Positions 1 through 8,596 of a DNA stretch of 64,000 nucleotides are shown in pieces. The notes beneath the pieces were generated by a model. That model saw only the letters and a program-made list of their open reading frames with translations, had not been told where the DNA came from and ran no database searches. The number at the start of each line of letters is the position of its first letter. Within the stretch, counting starts at the first letter, position 1. The stretch covers positions 47,190 through 111,189 of the forward strand of contig JAJRPG010000085.1 of the NCBI GenBank assembly GCA_024280855.1, written 5' to 3'. Made by a program: the position numbers and the translations under genes. This DNA comes from Planctomycetota bacterium (GTDB lineage: Bacteria > Planctomycetota > Phycisphaerae > UBA1845).

Positions 1-45
1 TACGAACGAAACTTCAGCGATGAGCGGTATGGAGGCCGGATTGAA

Positions 46-777
46 ATGGAACGAAGCCTTGTTGTCAGCGACGTAGACGGTACGCTGCTTGGCGACGAAG
101 GTGGCACGCGGCGGTTCGGCGAATTTATTGCGTTGCACCGGGCTTCGCTAAAGCTTGTCTACGCCTCGGGCCGTTTTTTTGATTCGCTTATTAAATCAAT
201 TCACGAACATCAGCTCCCCGCGCCCGACGCGATGATTTGCGGTGTGGGTAGCGAGATTCGAGATTACCCGTCCGGCGAAATTGATGGTCAATGGCAGCAG
301 CACGTTTTGCAGGTTTTTTGTGCAGACGATGTGCGAAAGGCTCTGCGGTCATTCCCTGGCTTGGTCGATCAACCTCAGGAGTGCCAGTCGCCCGGAAAAG
401 TAAGCTATTTTCTTCATAATGCTGGCGCGACTCAGCTTGACGCATTGCGTGACACACTAAAATTTAAGGGGATTCACTCGGATATCGTGTATAGCTCTGG
501 TCGCGATTTGGATGTCATGCCCCAAGGCGTCAACAAAGGTTCTGCGGCGATTCATTTGGCTAAGCGCTGGGAAATATCGCACAATAATATCGTTGTTTGT
601 GGGGATTCGGGCAACGATCTTCCGATGTTTCAGTTAGGCGTGCATGGTGTCATCGTGGCGAATGCTCAGGCAGAGCTAGCTGACTATCATCGGCCTGGTT
701 TGTTTCGTGCGACGAAGCCGTGTGCGGACGGTGTGTTAGAAGGCTTGAATTATTGGCTTACGGAAGCAGTGAATTAA
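46..777 (+). CDS. HAD-IIB hydrolase, sucrose-6-phosphate phosphatase-like (possibly the C-terminal domain of a longer SPS-type protein running off the 5' edge)
   Basis: HAD motifs VVSDVDGTLL, SGR, NKGSA and GDSGNDLPMF. The reading frame is open from nt 1 to 46, so an upstream extension cannot be excluded. The TAA stop abuts the next ATG (775-780). Confidence 0.7.
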   Translation: MERSLVVSDVDGTLLGDEGGTRRFGEFIALHRASLKLVYASGRFFDSLIKSIHEHQLPAPDAMICGVGSEIRDYPSGEIDGQWQQHVLQVFCADDVRKALRSFPGLVDQPQECQSPGKVSYFLHNAGATQLDALRDTLKFKGIHSDIVYSSGRDLDVMPQGVNKGSAAIHLAKRWEISHNNIVVCGDSGNDLPMFQLGVHGVIVANAQAELADYHRPGLFRATKPCADGVLEGLNYWLTEAVN

Positions 778-2103
778 ATGCACATCATTGATGAAGCATT
801 CGAGAAGGCCAAAGAGGTTCTTCATCTTAATATCACGGACCTAGGGTTCACGGCGTGTAGCCTGCAACACGATACGGATCCTAATAGTAATTATCGTAGT
901 GTCTGGGCGCGGGACTCTGCGATGACTTCGATTTGGGTTTTGCCGCTTGAAGATAAAGAGCTGACGCAATGCGCGAAGCGATCTTTGGAAACCATTCTTG
1001 GTGCGCAGACGCGCGATGGCCATCTGCCTAATTATGTAGATATAAAAACCGGGCATCCTGAGTATGGTGGCGTTGGGAATATCGCAGGGATCGATGGCTC
1101 GCTTTGGATATTGATCGCGGCTTGGAATTATGTGAAAGCCACCGGCGATGTTGAATTTGCCACGACGCACTTCGACAAATTGCATCGAACGATGAAATGG
1201 CTTCGTGCCCACGATTCGAATAACTGTGGGCTGCTGGAGATTCCCGAAGCCTCTGATTGGACTGATCTTTTTCCGCGCTCGTACAACGTGCTTTATGACG
1301 AGGTACTTTGGTATCGCGCGAATGTAGATTTTATTGAATTGCGTAAGCTGAACAACAGGCCTGTTGATCGATACATCAATCGTGCGGCCCGGATTCGGAA
1401 AATCCTAAATGACCAGTTTTGGCCCAGTCCTGATGCCAGCAGAGATTCGCCTGTATCTTTTGCCAGTACGCAGTTTGCGCTGGGCCGTACACGATATTTG
1501 ATTGCACAGATTACGCCGTTTGGTTTTAGTTGGCGCTGCGATGTATACGCCAATATCATCGCTTCGCTTTATGGTATTTTGGATGAAGAGCGATCCGAAA
1601 GAGTCTGGCGGTTTTTACGACAGATTGGCATTGATAAGCCCTATCCGGTTCGCGTGTTGTACCCCGCGATTAGGCCTGGTGATCCTGATTGGCGCGATTA
1701 CTTTTTGGTTAATCTTCAAAATCTGCCAGGTCATTATCATAATGGCGGCATTTGGCCATTTGTTGGCGGGTTGTGGGTTCGTTTTCTAAGTCGAATCGGT
1801 AAAAAACAACATGCCCAGGAAGCGCTGGAAAGCTTAGCCAAGCTCTGTCGGTCTGGTATCGATCAGGATTGGGAGTTTACTGAATGGGCGCACGGAACCA
1901 GCGGCGAACCAATGGGGAAAGCGTTTCAAACCTGGAGCGCCGCTTCGTATGTAGCTGCTTATATGAGAATGCATGGTGATAAAACCATAGAAATTGCATC
2001 CAGCGGTCCTGAAGAAATTAAGATACAGGAAGAGTGTGGCCTGCCAGATGCCGTGGCGGATAGCAGCATCGATCTAGATCGGGAAACGATTGACGAAACT
2101 TAA
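778..2103 (+). CDS. Six-hairpin glycoside hydrolase, alkaline/neutral invertase-like (GH100 / amylo-alpha-1,6-glucosidase superfamily)
   Basis: 441-aa ORF with WARDSAMT, EASDWTDLFPR..VLYDEVLWY and YHNGGIWPF motifs typical of GH100/GDE_C enzymes. Translationally coupled to the SPP-like gene, with fructokinase next door. Confidence 0.65.
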   Translation: MHIIDEAFEKAKEVLHLNITDLGFTACSLQHDTDPNSNYRSVWARDSAMTSIWVLPLEDKELTQCAKRSLETILGAQTRDGHLPNYVDIKTGHPEYGGVGNIAGIDGSLWILIAAWNYVKATGDVEFATTHFDKLHRTMKWLRAHDSNNCGLLEIPEASDWTDLFPRSYNVLYDEVLWYRANVDFIELRKLNNRPVDRYINRAARIRKILNDQFWPSPDASRDSPVSFASTQFALGRTRYLIAQITPFGFSWRCDVYANIIASLYGILDEERSERVWRFLRQIGIDKPYPVRVLYPAIRPGDPDWRDYFLVNLQNLPGHYHNGGIWPFVGGLWVRFLSRIGKKQHAQEALESLAKLCRSGIDQDWEFTEWAHGTSGEPMGKAFQTWSAASYVAAYMRMHGDKTIEIASSGPEEIKIQEECGLPDAVADSSIDLDRETIDET

Positions 2104-2119
2104 GCGACCTGTAGAAGTC

Positions 2120-3028
2120 TTAAGCCATTAGATGCTTTTTTTTTAGCGACTCGAAATCTGAGGATATGTTCGGCATCGCCCCCGCATGGGAGGCTACAAG
2201 TGAACCAACGTCATTGGCGAACGTAGCTATCTTATCCAAACTCTCTCGCTTCAATAAGCCATAGATTAACGCAGCGGTGAAAGCATCTCCAGCACCAACT
2301 GCGTCAGCGACTTCGATGGTCTTTCCCGGTATTTCAATATGATCGTTTTCGTCGGCTGCGAAACATCCATCTTCAGCTTTGGTAATGAACACATGCTTGG
2401 CTTTATATTTCTTGATTAAATGCGTGGCGAAGGATGCGTGGTCAGTCATGGTTATGTTTAGTAGATGAGATAGTGTCACGACTTCGTCAGCGTTGAGCTT
2501 GATGACGTGCGCTCGTGCCATGGATTGTTCAATCCAATCAACATGTAGCCAGGGTGGCCGAAGATTGATGTCGTATACGACCATCGCCTGCGACGCGGCT
2601 TGAATGGCTTGTGTAATTGAGGCTCTTGAAGTCTCGCAGCGTTGTGCCAGTGTTCCGAAACAGAGCGAGCCTGCGTGTGCAATCTGGTCGGTCAATTGGC
2701 TAGTCAATCGAATGTGGTCCCATGCGACGTTTTCGTGAATCGTGTAGCTGGGATGGTCAGGGTCTGCGGTATCAACGGTGACGGTCCCGGTTGGGTGGTT
2801 AGGGTCTCGGTGAATGCCAGCCGTATTTAACCCGTGAGATTGAATCGCATCTAATAGATCATCACCTAATGAGTCTACGCCAACACCCGATACGATTAAA
2901 CTTTCAAGGCCAAGCTGGTTGGCATGATAGGCTACGTTGGACGGTGCGCCGCCTGGCCTTTTTTCGTTTCCGAAGCAATCCCAAAGTAGTTCGCCGATGC
3001 CAATGATGAGTGGGTTATTATTTTTCAT
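2120..3028 (-). CDS. PfkB-family sugar kinase (fructokinase-like)
   Basis: C-terminal DAVGAGDAFTAAL signature and N-terminal IIGIGELLWD. The ORF extends to 3136, but the conserved N-terminus starts at ATG 3028 (MKNNNPLIIGIGE). Confidence 0.8.
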   Translation of the reverse strand: MKNNNPLIIGIGELLWDCFGNEKRPGGAPSNVAYHANQLGLESLIVSGVGVDSLGDDLLDAIQSHGLNTAGIHRDPNHPTGTVTVDTADPDHPSYTIHENVAWDHIRLTSQLTDQIAHAGSLCFGTLAQRCETSRASITQAIQAASQAMVVYDINLRPPWLHVDWIEQSMARAHVIKLNADEVVTLSHLLNITMTDHASFATHLIKKYKAKHVFITKAEDGCFAADENDHIEIPGKTIEVADAVGAGDAFTAALIYGLLKRESLDKIATFANDVGSLVASHAGAMPNISSDFESLKKKHLMA

Positions 3029-3137
3029 CTCTAAAAAATGGTGGTTGAGTGACACCTTAGGTGCATCTGGATGTGCCATGCTAACTAATTCGCGTCCAAC
3101 TCGCGCATGATTACAAAGTGGGATTAACAATCTCAAT

Positions 3138-3208
3138 CAACTGGACAAGGTGGGCGTCGCCCTCGAGCATTCCTTTCAGGTTGGAGGATTTTAAGTCCAA
3201 GACGCAGG
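3138..3208 (-). pseudogene. Decayed partial copy of tRNA-Leu(UAA): anticodon arm to 3' end plus 4 nt of flank; non-functional
   Basis: Ungapped alignment of 3138..3208 with 7651..7721 gives 51/71 identities. Identical runs include caactgg, caagg, cctttcagg and gattttaagtcc. Same orientation as the intact gene. The T-loop is destroyed and the D arm and 5' acceptor are absent. Confidence 0.55.
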
Positions 3209-3401
3209 ATCGTAAAGATTGTTTTGTACTATTGTCATTCCATCGAGAGTGAATGAGTGCGGCGCATCGCATGGCCTCGTGTTACACCTATTCACCCACA
3301 GAGCAGCGCATGGGTAATTAGATTTTTACAAGATTTTCAAACGATTCACAGTTGTTGATACCGGCAGGAACTCAAAGTGAGAAGCCTTCGCGATTATATG
3401 C

Positions 3402-3857
3402 CTATTCTAGCTGCGGGTTAAGTTTGATTGGGCTAGAGGGTTGGCAGAGTGGTGTGCTTCTTCCCGGAGCCGTGAGTAATTCTTCTATTGTCGTTGAGGC
3501 GAACGACTGTTCAACTAGTTCGGTGGCTTCGTCCAGTCGCTTGTGCAGGGGGCAAAGATTTGTCCCGTGCGTTTCAATTCCCAAGGGGCAGGAGTCAATC
3601 CTCTTGATTGGGGCAACGACGTTCACAACATCAAGAACTGTTATCGATTCTGCAGACCTAGCAAGAGTAAACCCACCTCCCAAACCTCGCTTAGAGTTAA
3701 CCAAACCAGCCTTACGCAATGTTTGTAGAACTTTGGGAAGATAACCAGCCGGTACTTTGGTCATTTCTACTAATGTCGGTGTTATCACTGGCTCTCCGCT
3801 CCCTTGAGCGATAGCTACGATGGCTCGTAAAGCGTACTCCGCAGTAGGTGAAATCAT
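3402..3857 (-). CDS. Rrf2-family transcriptional regulator (NsrR-like)
   Basis: N-terminal wHTH (AEYALRAIVAIA...LPKVLQTLRKAGLVNSKRGLGGGFTLAR) and a C-terminal Cys cluster (CPLGIETHGTNLCPL). Divergent from the qNor gene. Confidence 0.85.
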   Translation of the reverse strand: MISPTAEYALRAIVAIAQGSGEPVITPTLVEMTKVPAGYLPKVLQTLRKAGLVNSKRGLGGGFTLARSAESITVLDVVNVVAPIKRIDSCPLGIETHGTNLCPLHKRLDEATELVEQSFASTTIEELLTAPGRSTPLCQPSSPIKLNPQLE

Positions 3858-3877
3858 TGTAGTCTCCGAAACTAACT

Positions 3878-3899
3878 ATTTGGACCTTGACGTCCAAAT
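3878..3899. promoter_or_regulatory. Perfect inverted repeat ATTTGGAC-N6-GTCCAAAT in the Rrf2/qNor divergent region; candidate Rrf2 operator
   Basis: 8-bp arms read directly from the sequence. It lies 21 nt upstream of the Rrf2 start and 74 nt upstream of the proposed qNor start. A TTGACG hexamer sits in the spacer and right arm. Confidence 0.4.
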
Positions 3900-3972
3900 G
3901 GTACGCTATATGCTGGGAGACGTAAAGAGGGTATTTGGAGTCAATTGGCCACAAAGGTTCGGAGGTGTTTTG

Positions 3973-6237
3973 GTGAACTATAGAAAATATTGGATCACGT
4001 TTACAGGCGTAATGGTGATTTCGTTCGCTGTATTAGGTTATTATGGGAGAGAGCTGTATCGACAAGCGCCTCCTATTCCAACTCGAGTTGTGTTATCAGA
4101 CCAAACCGTGTTATTCACTGGTCAGGATATTTCTGATGGACAAAATGTTTGGCAATCGATGGGGGGGCAGGAGGTCGGTTCGGTATGGGGGCATGGGGCG
4201 TATGTCGCACCTGATTGGTCGGCTGATTGGTTGCACCGGGAATCTACATGGTTGCTGGAATATTGGGCGACAAACGACCACGGCAAGGCATATGCGTCGT
4301 TACACAAAGAAGTTCAAGCTTCACTTCGCCAGCGACTCAAGACCGAACTACGCACCAATACTTACGATTCTCAGACGGGCGACCTGCTAGTCTCGACTCA
4401 AAGAGCGGAAGCGATCCGCGTGGTAGGAACACACTACACCAAGCTGTTTGGAGACGATGCGTCACTTGATGAACTTCGTGATGCATACGCCATCCCACCG
4501 AACTCCATTAAGACATCAGATCGTAAAGAAAAGCTCAACGCTTTCTTTTTTTGGACGTCTTGGGTTTGTTCGACGAATCGGCCGGGTAAAGACATTACAT
4601 ACACCAACAACTGGCCAGCTGAAAATTTGATCGACAACCGTCCCACAAGCGCCATCTTAGTTTGGTCGGTGGTGAGCGTGGTGGTTTTGCTTGCGGGCAT
4701 TGGCGCACTTTCGTGGTACTTCGCAGTGATTCGTGGTAGGGATGAAGCGCCACACGATGTTCCGCACGCGAACCCCATGCTAGATCTTTCACCAACACCT
4801 TCTATGAGAGCGACGTTAAAATATTTTTGGATTGTGACGGCGCTGATGCTTGTACAGATTGGACTCGGGGCCATCACTGCCCACTACGGTGTTGAAGGCT
4901 CAGGTTTTTATGGGATTCCACTAGCTGAATGGTTACCCTATGCAGTGACTCGTACATGGCATTCTCAGCTTGGCATTTTCTGGATCGCAACCGCATGGCT
5001 TGGCACGGGATTATTCATGGCCCCAGCGGTTTCTGGGCATGAACCCAAGTTTCAGCGTCTGGGCGTTAATGTGCTGTGGGTTTGCTTGGTGGTGATCGTG
5101 GTAGGGTCGATGGCTGGTGAATGGCTCGGTGTACAGCAACGGCTAGGATTCGTCTCTAATTTTTGGTTTGGTCACCAGGGTTATGAATACGTCGACCTGG
5201 GCCGATTTTGGCAAATTTTTCTGCTCATAGGGTTGTTTCTTTGGCTTGCCCTCATGCTTCGTGCGATGTGGCCGGCGATCAGAAGGCCTAATGAGAACCG
5301 AAGTCTGCTGGGGCTATTTCTCGTCGCGTCTGCTGCAATAGCCATGTTTTATGGTGCAGGACTCATGTGGGGGCGACAAACCAACTTGGCTATCGCCGAG
5401 TATTGGCGTTGGTGGGTTGTCCATTTGTGGGTCGAGGGATTCTTCGAGGTTTTCGCTACGGTCGTGATCGCCTTTTTGTTCACGCGTATGGGATTGTTAC
5501 GCGTATCAACGGCTACGGCGGCGGCCTTGTTTTCGACGACGATATTTCTTGGTGGCGGCATTATTGGCACGTTTCACCATCTATACTTTACAGGAACACC
5601 AACGGCAGTCTTAGCCCTTGGTGCTACGTTCAGCGCGTTGGAGGTTGTTCCACTGGTTCTCATTGGAATGGAAGCCTACGAGGGCTTACGTCTCAGTCGC
5701 GTTCGTCCATGGGTTTCAGCCTACAAGTGGCCCATGTATTTTTTCGTGGCTGTTTCATTCTGGAACTTAGTTGGTGCCGGCTTATTCGGCTTCCTCATTA
5801 ATCCGCCGATCGCGTTGTACTACATGCAAGGCCTGAATACTACGGCTGTCCATGCGCACACTGCGCTGTTCGGCGTCTACGGCATGCTCGGTATCGGTCT
5901 CATGCTCTTTTGCCTGAAAGGAATAGCCGTTCGTCAGGTGTGGCGCACACGAGTATTGTCCTTCGCTTTTTGGTCAATAAACATTGGGTTAGCGCTGATG
6001 GTTTTAATTAGCGTGTTGCCAGTAGGGCTTATGCAAACCTGGGCAAGCGTAGAGTACGGAATGTGGTACGCAAGATCTGCGGAGTTTTTGCAGACAGACC
6101 TGGTAAGCACTCTGCGATGGCTGCGTGTCATCGGCGATACGATTTTCGCGGCTGGGATTGTTGCACTGGCGTGGTTTGTGCTGGGGCTAGTTACGGGTTG
6201 GTCAATCGAAAAAGAAGCTAAGTCGATTACAAAATGA
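3973..6237 (+). CDS. norB: Quinol-dependent nitric oxide reductase (qNor, single-subunit NorB/NorZ type)
   Basis: Heme-copper oxidase core (WWVVHLWVEGFFEVF, HHLYFTG, HAHTALFGVYG) with an N-terminal TM plus periplasmic extension, ~750 aa. The ORF opens at 3820 but overlaps the divergent Rrf2 gene. GTG 3973 is preceded by GGAGG (3961-3965). Confidence 0.88.
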   Translation: MNYRKYWITFTGVMVISFAVLGYYGRELYRQAPPIPTRVVLSDQTVLFTGQDISDGQNVWQSMGGQEVGSVWGHGAYVAPDWSADWLHRESTWLLEYWATNDHGKAYASLHKEVQASLRQRLKTELRTNTYDSQTGDLLVSTQRAEAIRVVGTHYTKLFGDDASLDELRDAYAIPPNSIKTSDRKEKLNAFFFWTSWVCSTNRPGKDITYTNNWPAENLIDNRPTSAILVWSVVSVVVLLAGIGALSWYFAVIRGRDEAPHDVPHANPMLDLSPTPSMRATLKYFWIVTALMLVQIGLGAITAHYGVEGSGFYGIPLAEWLPYAVTRTWHSQLGIFWIATAWLGTGLFMAPAVSGHEPKFQRLGVNVLWVCLVVIVVGSMAGEWLGVQQRLGFVSNFWFGHQGYEYVDLGRFWQIFLLIGLFLWLALMLRAMWPAIRRPNENRSLLGLFLVASAAIAMFYGAGLMWGRQTNLAIAEYWRWWVVHLWVEGFFEVFATVVIAFLFTRMGLLRVSTATAAALFSTTIFLGGGIIGTFHHLYFTGTPTAVLALGATFSALEVVPLVLIGMEAYEGLRLSRVRPWVSAYKWPMYFFVAVSFWNLVGAGLFGFLINPPIALYYMQGLNTTAVHAHTALFGVYGMLGIGLMLFCLKGIAVRQVWRTRVLSFAFWSINIGLALMVLISVLPVGLMQTWASVEYGMWYARSAEFLQTDLVSTLRWLRVIGDTIFAAGIVALAWFVLGLVTGWSIEKEAKSITK

Positions 6238-6293
6238 AACCACGAAGAATTGGTAACACCGGCAAGAATGGCCGGGGAAAAATGGAGATAGCT

Positions 6294-7028
6294 ATGTTCA
6301 CGAATGAATCAAGAGAACTTACCGTCGGAGAATTAGTCGTTGAAAATCCGAGCCGGGCACGTGTGTTTGAGAAGTTCGGTATTGACTATTGCTGTGGCGG
6401 TAAGATACCGCTCGCTCAAGCCTGTGGTAAGCGTGGTGCAGATATTGAGATTGTTCTGGAAGCGTTGCAACAGTGCGAAACCGGCGCATCACCGGAGTCT
6501 CAGAAGGATTGGTCTAAGGAACCGATGACATCATTAGTGGATCATATTCTGTTGACGCATCACGCATACCTTCGCGAGGAATTTCCACGTCTGACCCAAT
6601 TGACCGAAAGGGTGGCCCAAGTGCATGGCGAGCGTCGCTCTGAATTGCTTCAAGTACGCGATGTATTTATGGCGCTGCGCAATGAATTGGAAATGCACAT
6701 GCAAAAGGAAGAGCAGATTTTGTTCCCTATGATTAAACAGCTGGATTCTGACCCGGCAGGCGAGACAGTGGGCCACTGTGGGTCTATCGCGAATCCAATC
6801 AGCATGATGGAACACGAGCACGATAATGCTGGTGATGCTTTGGGTCAGTTGCGAGATTTGACCGGAGGGTTCGTCCCACCCGAAGACGCATGCAATACCT
6901 ACCGAGTCATGCTCGACAGCTTAGCCAATCTCGAAGCGGATCTTCATCAGCATATCCATAAGGAGAACAATATACTTTTCCCGATGGCTATCGCGAGGGA
7001 GACAAATGCTGTTCACCAAAATTCTTGA
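6294..7028 (+). CDS. ytfE: Iron-sulfur cluster repair di-iron protein (RIC / YtfE / ScdA family)
   Basis: N-terminal ScdA_N motif (FGIDYCCGG) and hemerythrin-like His/Glu repeats (HHAYLREE, HMQKEEQILFP, EHEHDNAGD, HIHKENNILFP). ATG 6294 has a GGAGA RBS; alternative starts are at 6282 and 6234. Confidence 0.88.
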   Translation: MFTNESRELTVGELVVENPSRARVFEKFGIDYCCGGKIPLAQACGKRGADIEIVLEALQQCETGASPESQKDWSKEPMTSLVDHILLTHHAYLREEFPRLTQLTERVAQVHGERRSELLQVRDVFMALRNELEMHMQKEEQILFPMIKQLDSDPAGETVGHCGSIANPISMMEHEHDNAGDALGQLRDLTGGFVPPEDACNTYRVMLDSLANLEADLHQHIHKENNILFPMAIARETNAVHQNS

Positions 7029-7163
7029 TTTCGTATGACATCTTGTTGGGCAGAAGTATATCTCGTTGGTCGAGAGCCTGCACAACATGGTAATACCTGA
7101 GAATGCACACTGCGGATAATTTTAGGCGACACTGCGTCATTCTCGTACTAAAAGGAGACAAAA

Positions 7164-7247
7164 ATGGAAGCACTAGGAATTATGTCGGGATTTATGTTTA
7201 TTGTTTTTTCTTTACCGTTTTTTCTGCTCGCGCTTTTGTTTGGGTAG
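7164..7247 (+). CDS. Small hydrophobic peptide (27 aa, MEALGIMSGFMFIVFSLPFFLLALLFG)
   Basis: ATG preceded by AAAGGAG (7151-7157). Single predicted TM helix, located downstream of the NO module. It is too short for the ORF track. No homology evidence. Confidence 0.3.
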   Translation: MEALGIMSGFMFIVFSLPFFLLALLFG

Positions 7248-7654
7248 AGGCTATCTGGTGACATACTCTAGTCCACTCATGGGGGAGTGGGCTAGCGTGA
7301 TCTTGAGTCTGTCGAGTTTTTTTCGCACTCATCTGTCTGGCTTCCTTTCGATTTCTTCAACCAGCGAAGCGTGTTAAGCTTTTGTGTTAGATCCAACGAT
7401 GAGGAGCAGGAGCGATACAGGCTGCAATTTCAATGGTTGGGGGAGCGCATGTTGCTTTGAGTAGTCACGGATTGGTGTGGACCGGTTGATTATTCAAAGA
7501 CTCGCAGAATATATTTGTTGCACAACAGAACAGTATCCGCACGCCGATGAAACGCGAAGCTGTGAATAAACTTTCAGCGGGTTAGGTTTTTACGAGATTC
7601 TTACGAGACTTTGTTTTTGTGATTTTCGCTTGCCCCAAAAACCGCACTTTCAAC

Positions 7655-7739
7655 TGGGCAAGGCGGGAGTCGAACCCGCACGTCCCTTTCAGGACAGGGG
7701 ATTTTAAGTCCCCGGCGTCTGCCATTCCGCCACTTGCCC
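7655..7739 (-). tRNA. tRNA-Leu (anticodon UAA), type II with long variable arm; CCA not encoded
   Basis: Reverse complement is GGGCAAGTGGCGGAATGGCAGACGCCGGGGACTTAAAATCCCCTGTCCTGAAAGGGACGTGCGGGTTCGACTCCCGCCTTGCCCA. It folds as a cloverleaf with a 7-bp acceptor, a GGGGA/TCCCC anticodon stem around loop CTTAAAA, and a GCGGG-TTCGACT-CCCGC T arm. Confidence 0.95.
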
Positions 7740-7758
7740 GCGTGAGCGTTAGACGAAG

Positions 7759-7787
7759 TTTATAAGCAAGAATTTGGAAATGGACAA
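7759..7787 (-). promoter_or_regulatory. Sigma70-like promoter for tRNA-Leu (TTGTCC-17 nt-TATAAA)
   Basis: On the minus strand the -35 TTGTCC is at 7787..7782, followed by a 17-nt spacer and the -10 TATAAA at 7764..7759. That is about 19 nt upstream of the mature tRNA 5' end. Confidence 0.45.
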
Positions 7788-7984
7788 GTATGTGTAAAAA
7801 AAACGCCTTGCATGAGAAGTAAGAACTCCTTACACTTGAGCTACTAAGGATTATTAGTCTGTCGAATTGCGGGTGTTTCCGCCCTTTCAATTACGGCAGT
7901 TGCTAGCATGTTAGGGGTCGGGTAAAAGCAAATTTTCTTACGCCCAGCCGGTTTTGTCGGGAAAATTGTACAGTTACGCATATT

Positions 7985-8596
7985 GTGGAGCTAGCTATGG
8001 GTGCAAAAGTAGCGGTGGGTGTTGCGGAAATTGATGGTATTCTCAAGGCGATGCTGACCCTCTCGCGGGCGACGGAGCGCGTGCTTGAGTCGAGCAGCGT
8101 CTCCAAATTTTCCGGGGAGACGGTTGGTGTATCCAAAGTTCAAGTGTTGAGGCTATTGAATACTCAAGGTGAGCAGATGCCCAGTCAGGTTGCGCGTTTT
8201 TTGGGCGTGAGTAAGCCTGCGGTAAGTCAAATCATTTCCGCGATGCTACGTTCAAAGCTGATCGCAAAAAAAGCTAAGTCTGTTGATGGCCGTGAAGTAT
8301 ACATTTGTTTGACTAAGCACGGGAAGACGGCGTTCCATGAAGTCGTTAAAGAGCAGCGTCATTTGGTTCGAACTGCGTTGAAGCATGTGGGCAACGGCGA
8401 AGCGAAAACCTGGGCAGCTTCTATGCATTCAATTAGCTCGGCTATTTCCAGAGCAGATAAGACATTCGATGATTACTGTTTACAATGTGGGGCACATGCT
8501 GATGGTAGATGTGTTTTGCAAGGTGGCGATTCCGGTTGTGCTTTCATGGAGAATGATAAAAAGTTTAAGTTGGATAGGCCCAGGGGCAGCAAGTAA
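7985..8596 (+). CDS. MarR-family winged-helix regulator with a C-terminal CX2CX7CX8CAF motif
   Basis: wHTH core (VQVLRLLNTQGEQMPSQVARFLGVSKPAVSQIISAMLRSKLI...DGREVYICLTKHG). Cys motif CLQCGAHADGRCVLQGGDSGCAF at 8477..8545. Confidence 0.75.
   Translation: MELAMGAKVAVGVAEIDGILKAMLTLSRATERVLESSSVSKFSGETVGVSKVQVLRLLNTQGEQMPSQVARFLGVSKPAVSQIISAMLRSKLIAKKAKSVDGREVYICLTKHGKTAFHEVVKEQRHLVRTALKHVGNGEAKTWAASMHSISSAISRADKTFDDYCLQCGAHADGRCVLQGGDSGCAFMENDKKFKLDRPRGSK

Noticed and set aside
3029-3136. 36-codon N-terminal extension of the fructokinase ORF
   Set aside because: The conserved PfkB N-terminus (MKNNNPLIIGIGELLWD) starts at the internal ATG 3028, and the extension has no kinase homology.
3820-3972. 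ATG 3820 as the qNor start
   Set aside because: It would overlap the divergent Rrf2 coding region by 38 nt and add about 50 non-conserved residues. GTG 3973 has a GGAGG RBS and begins right at the first TM helix.
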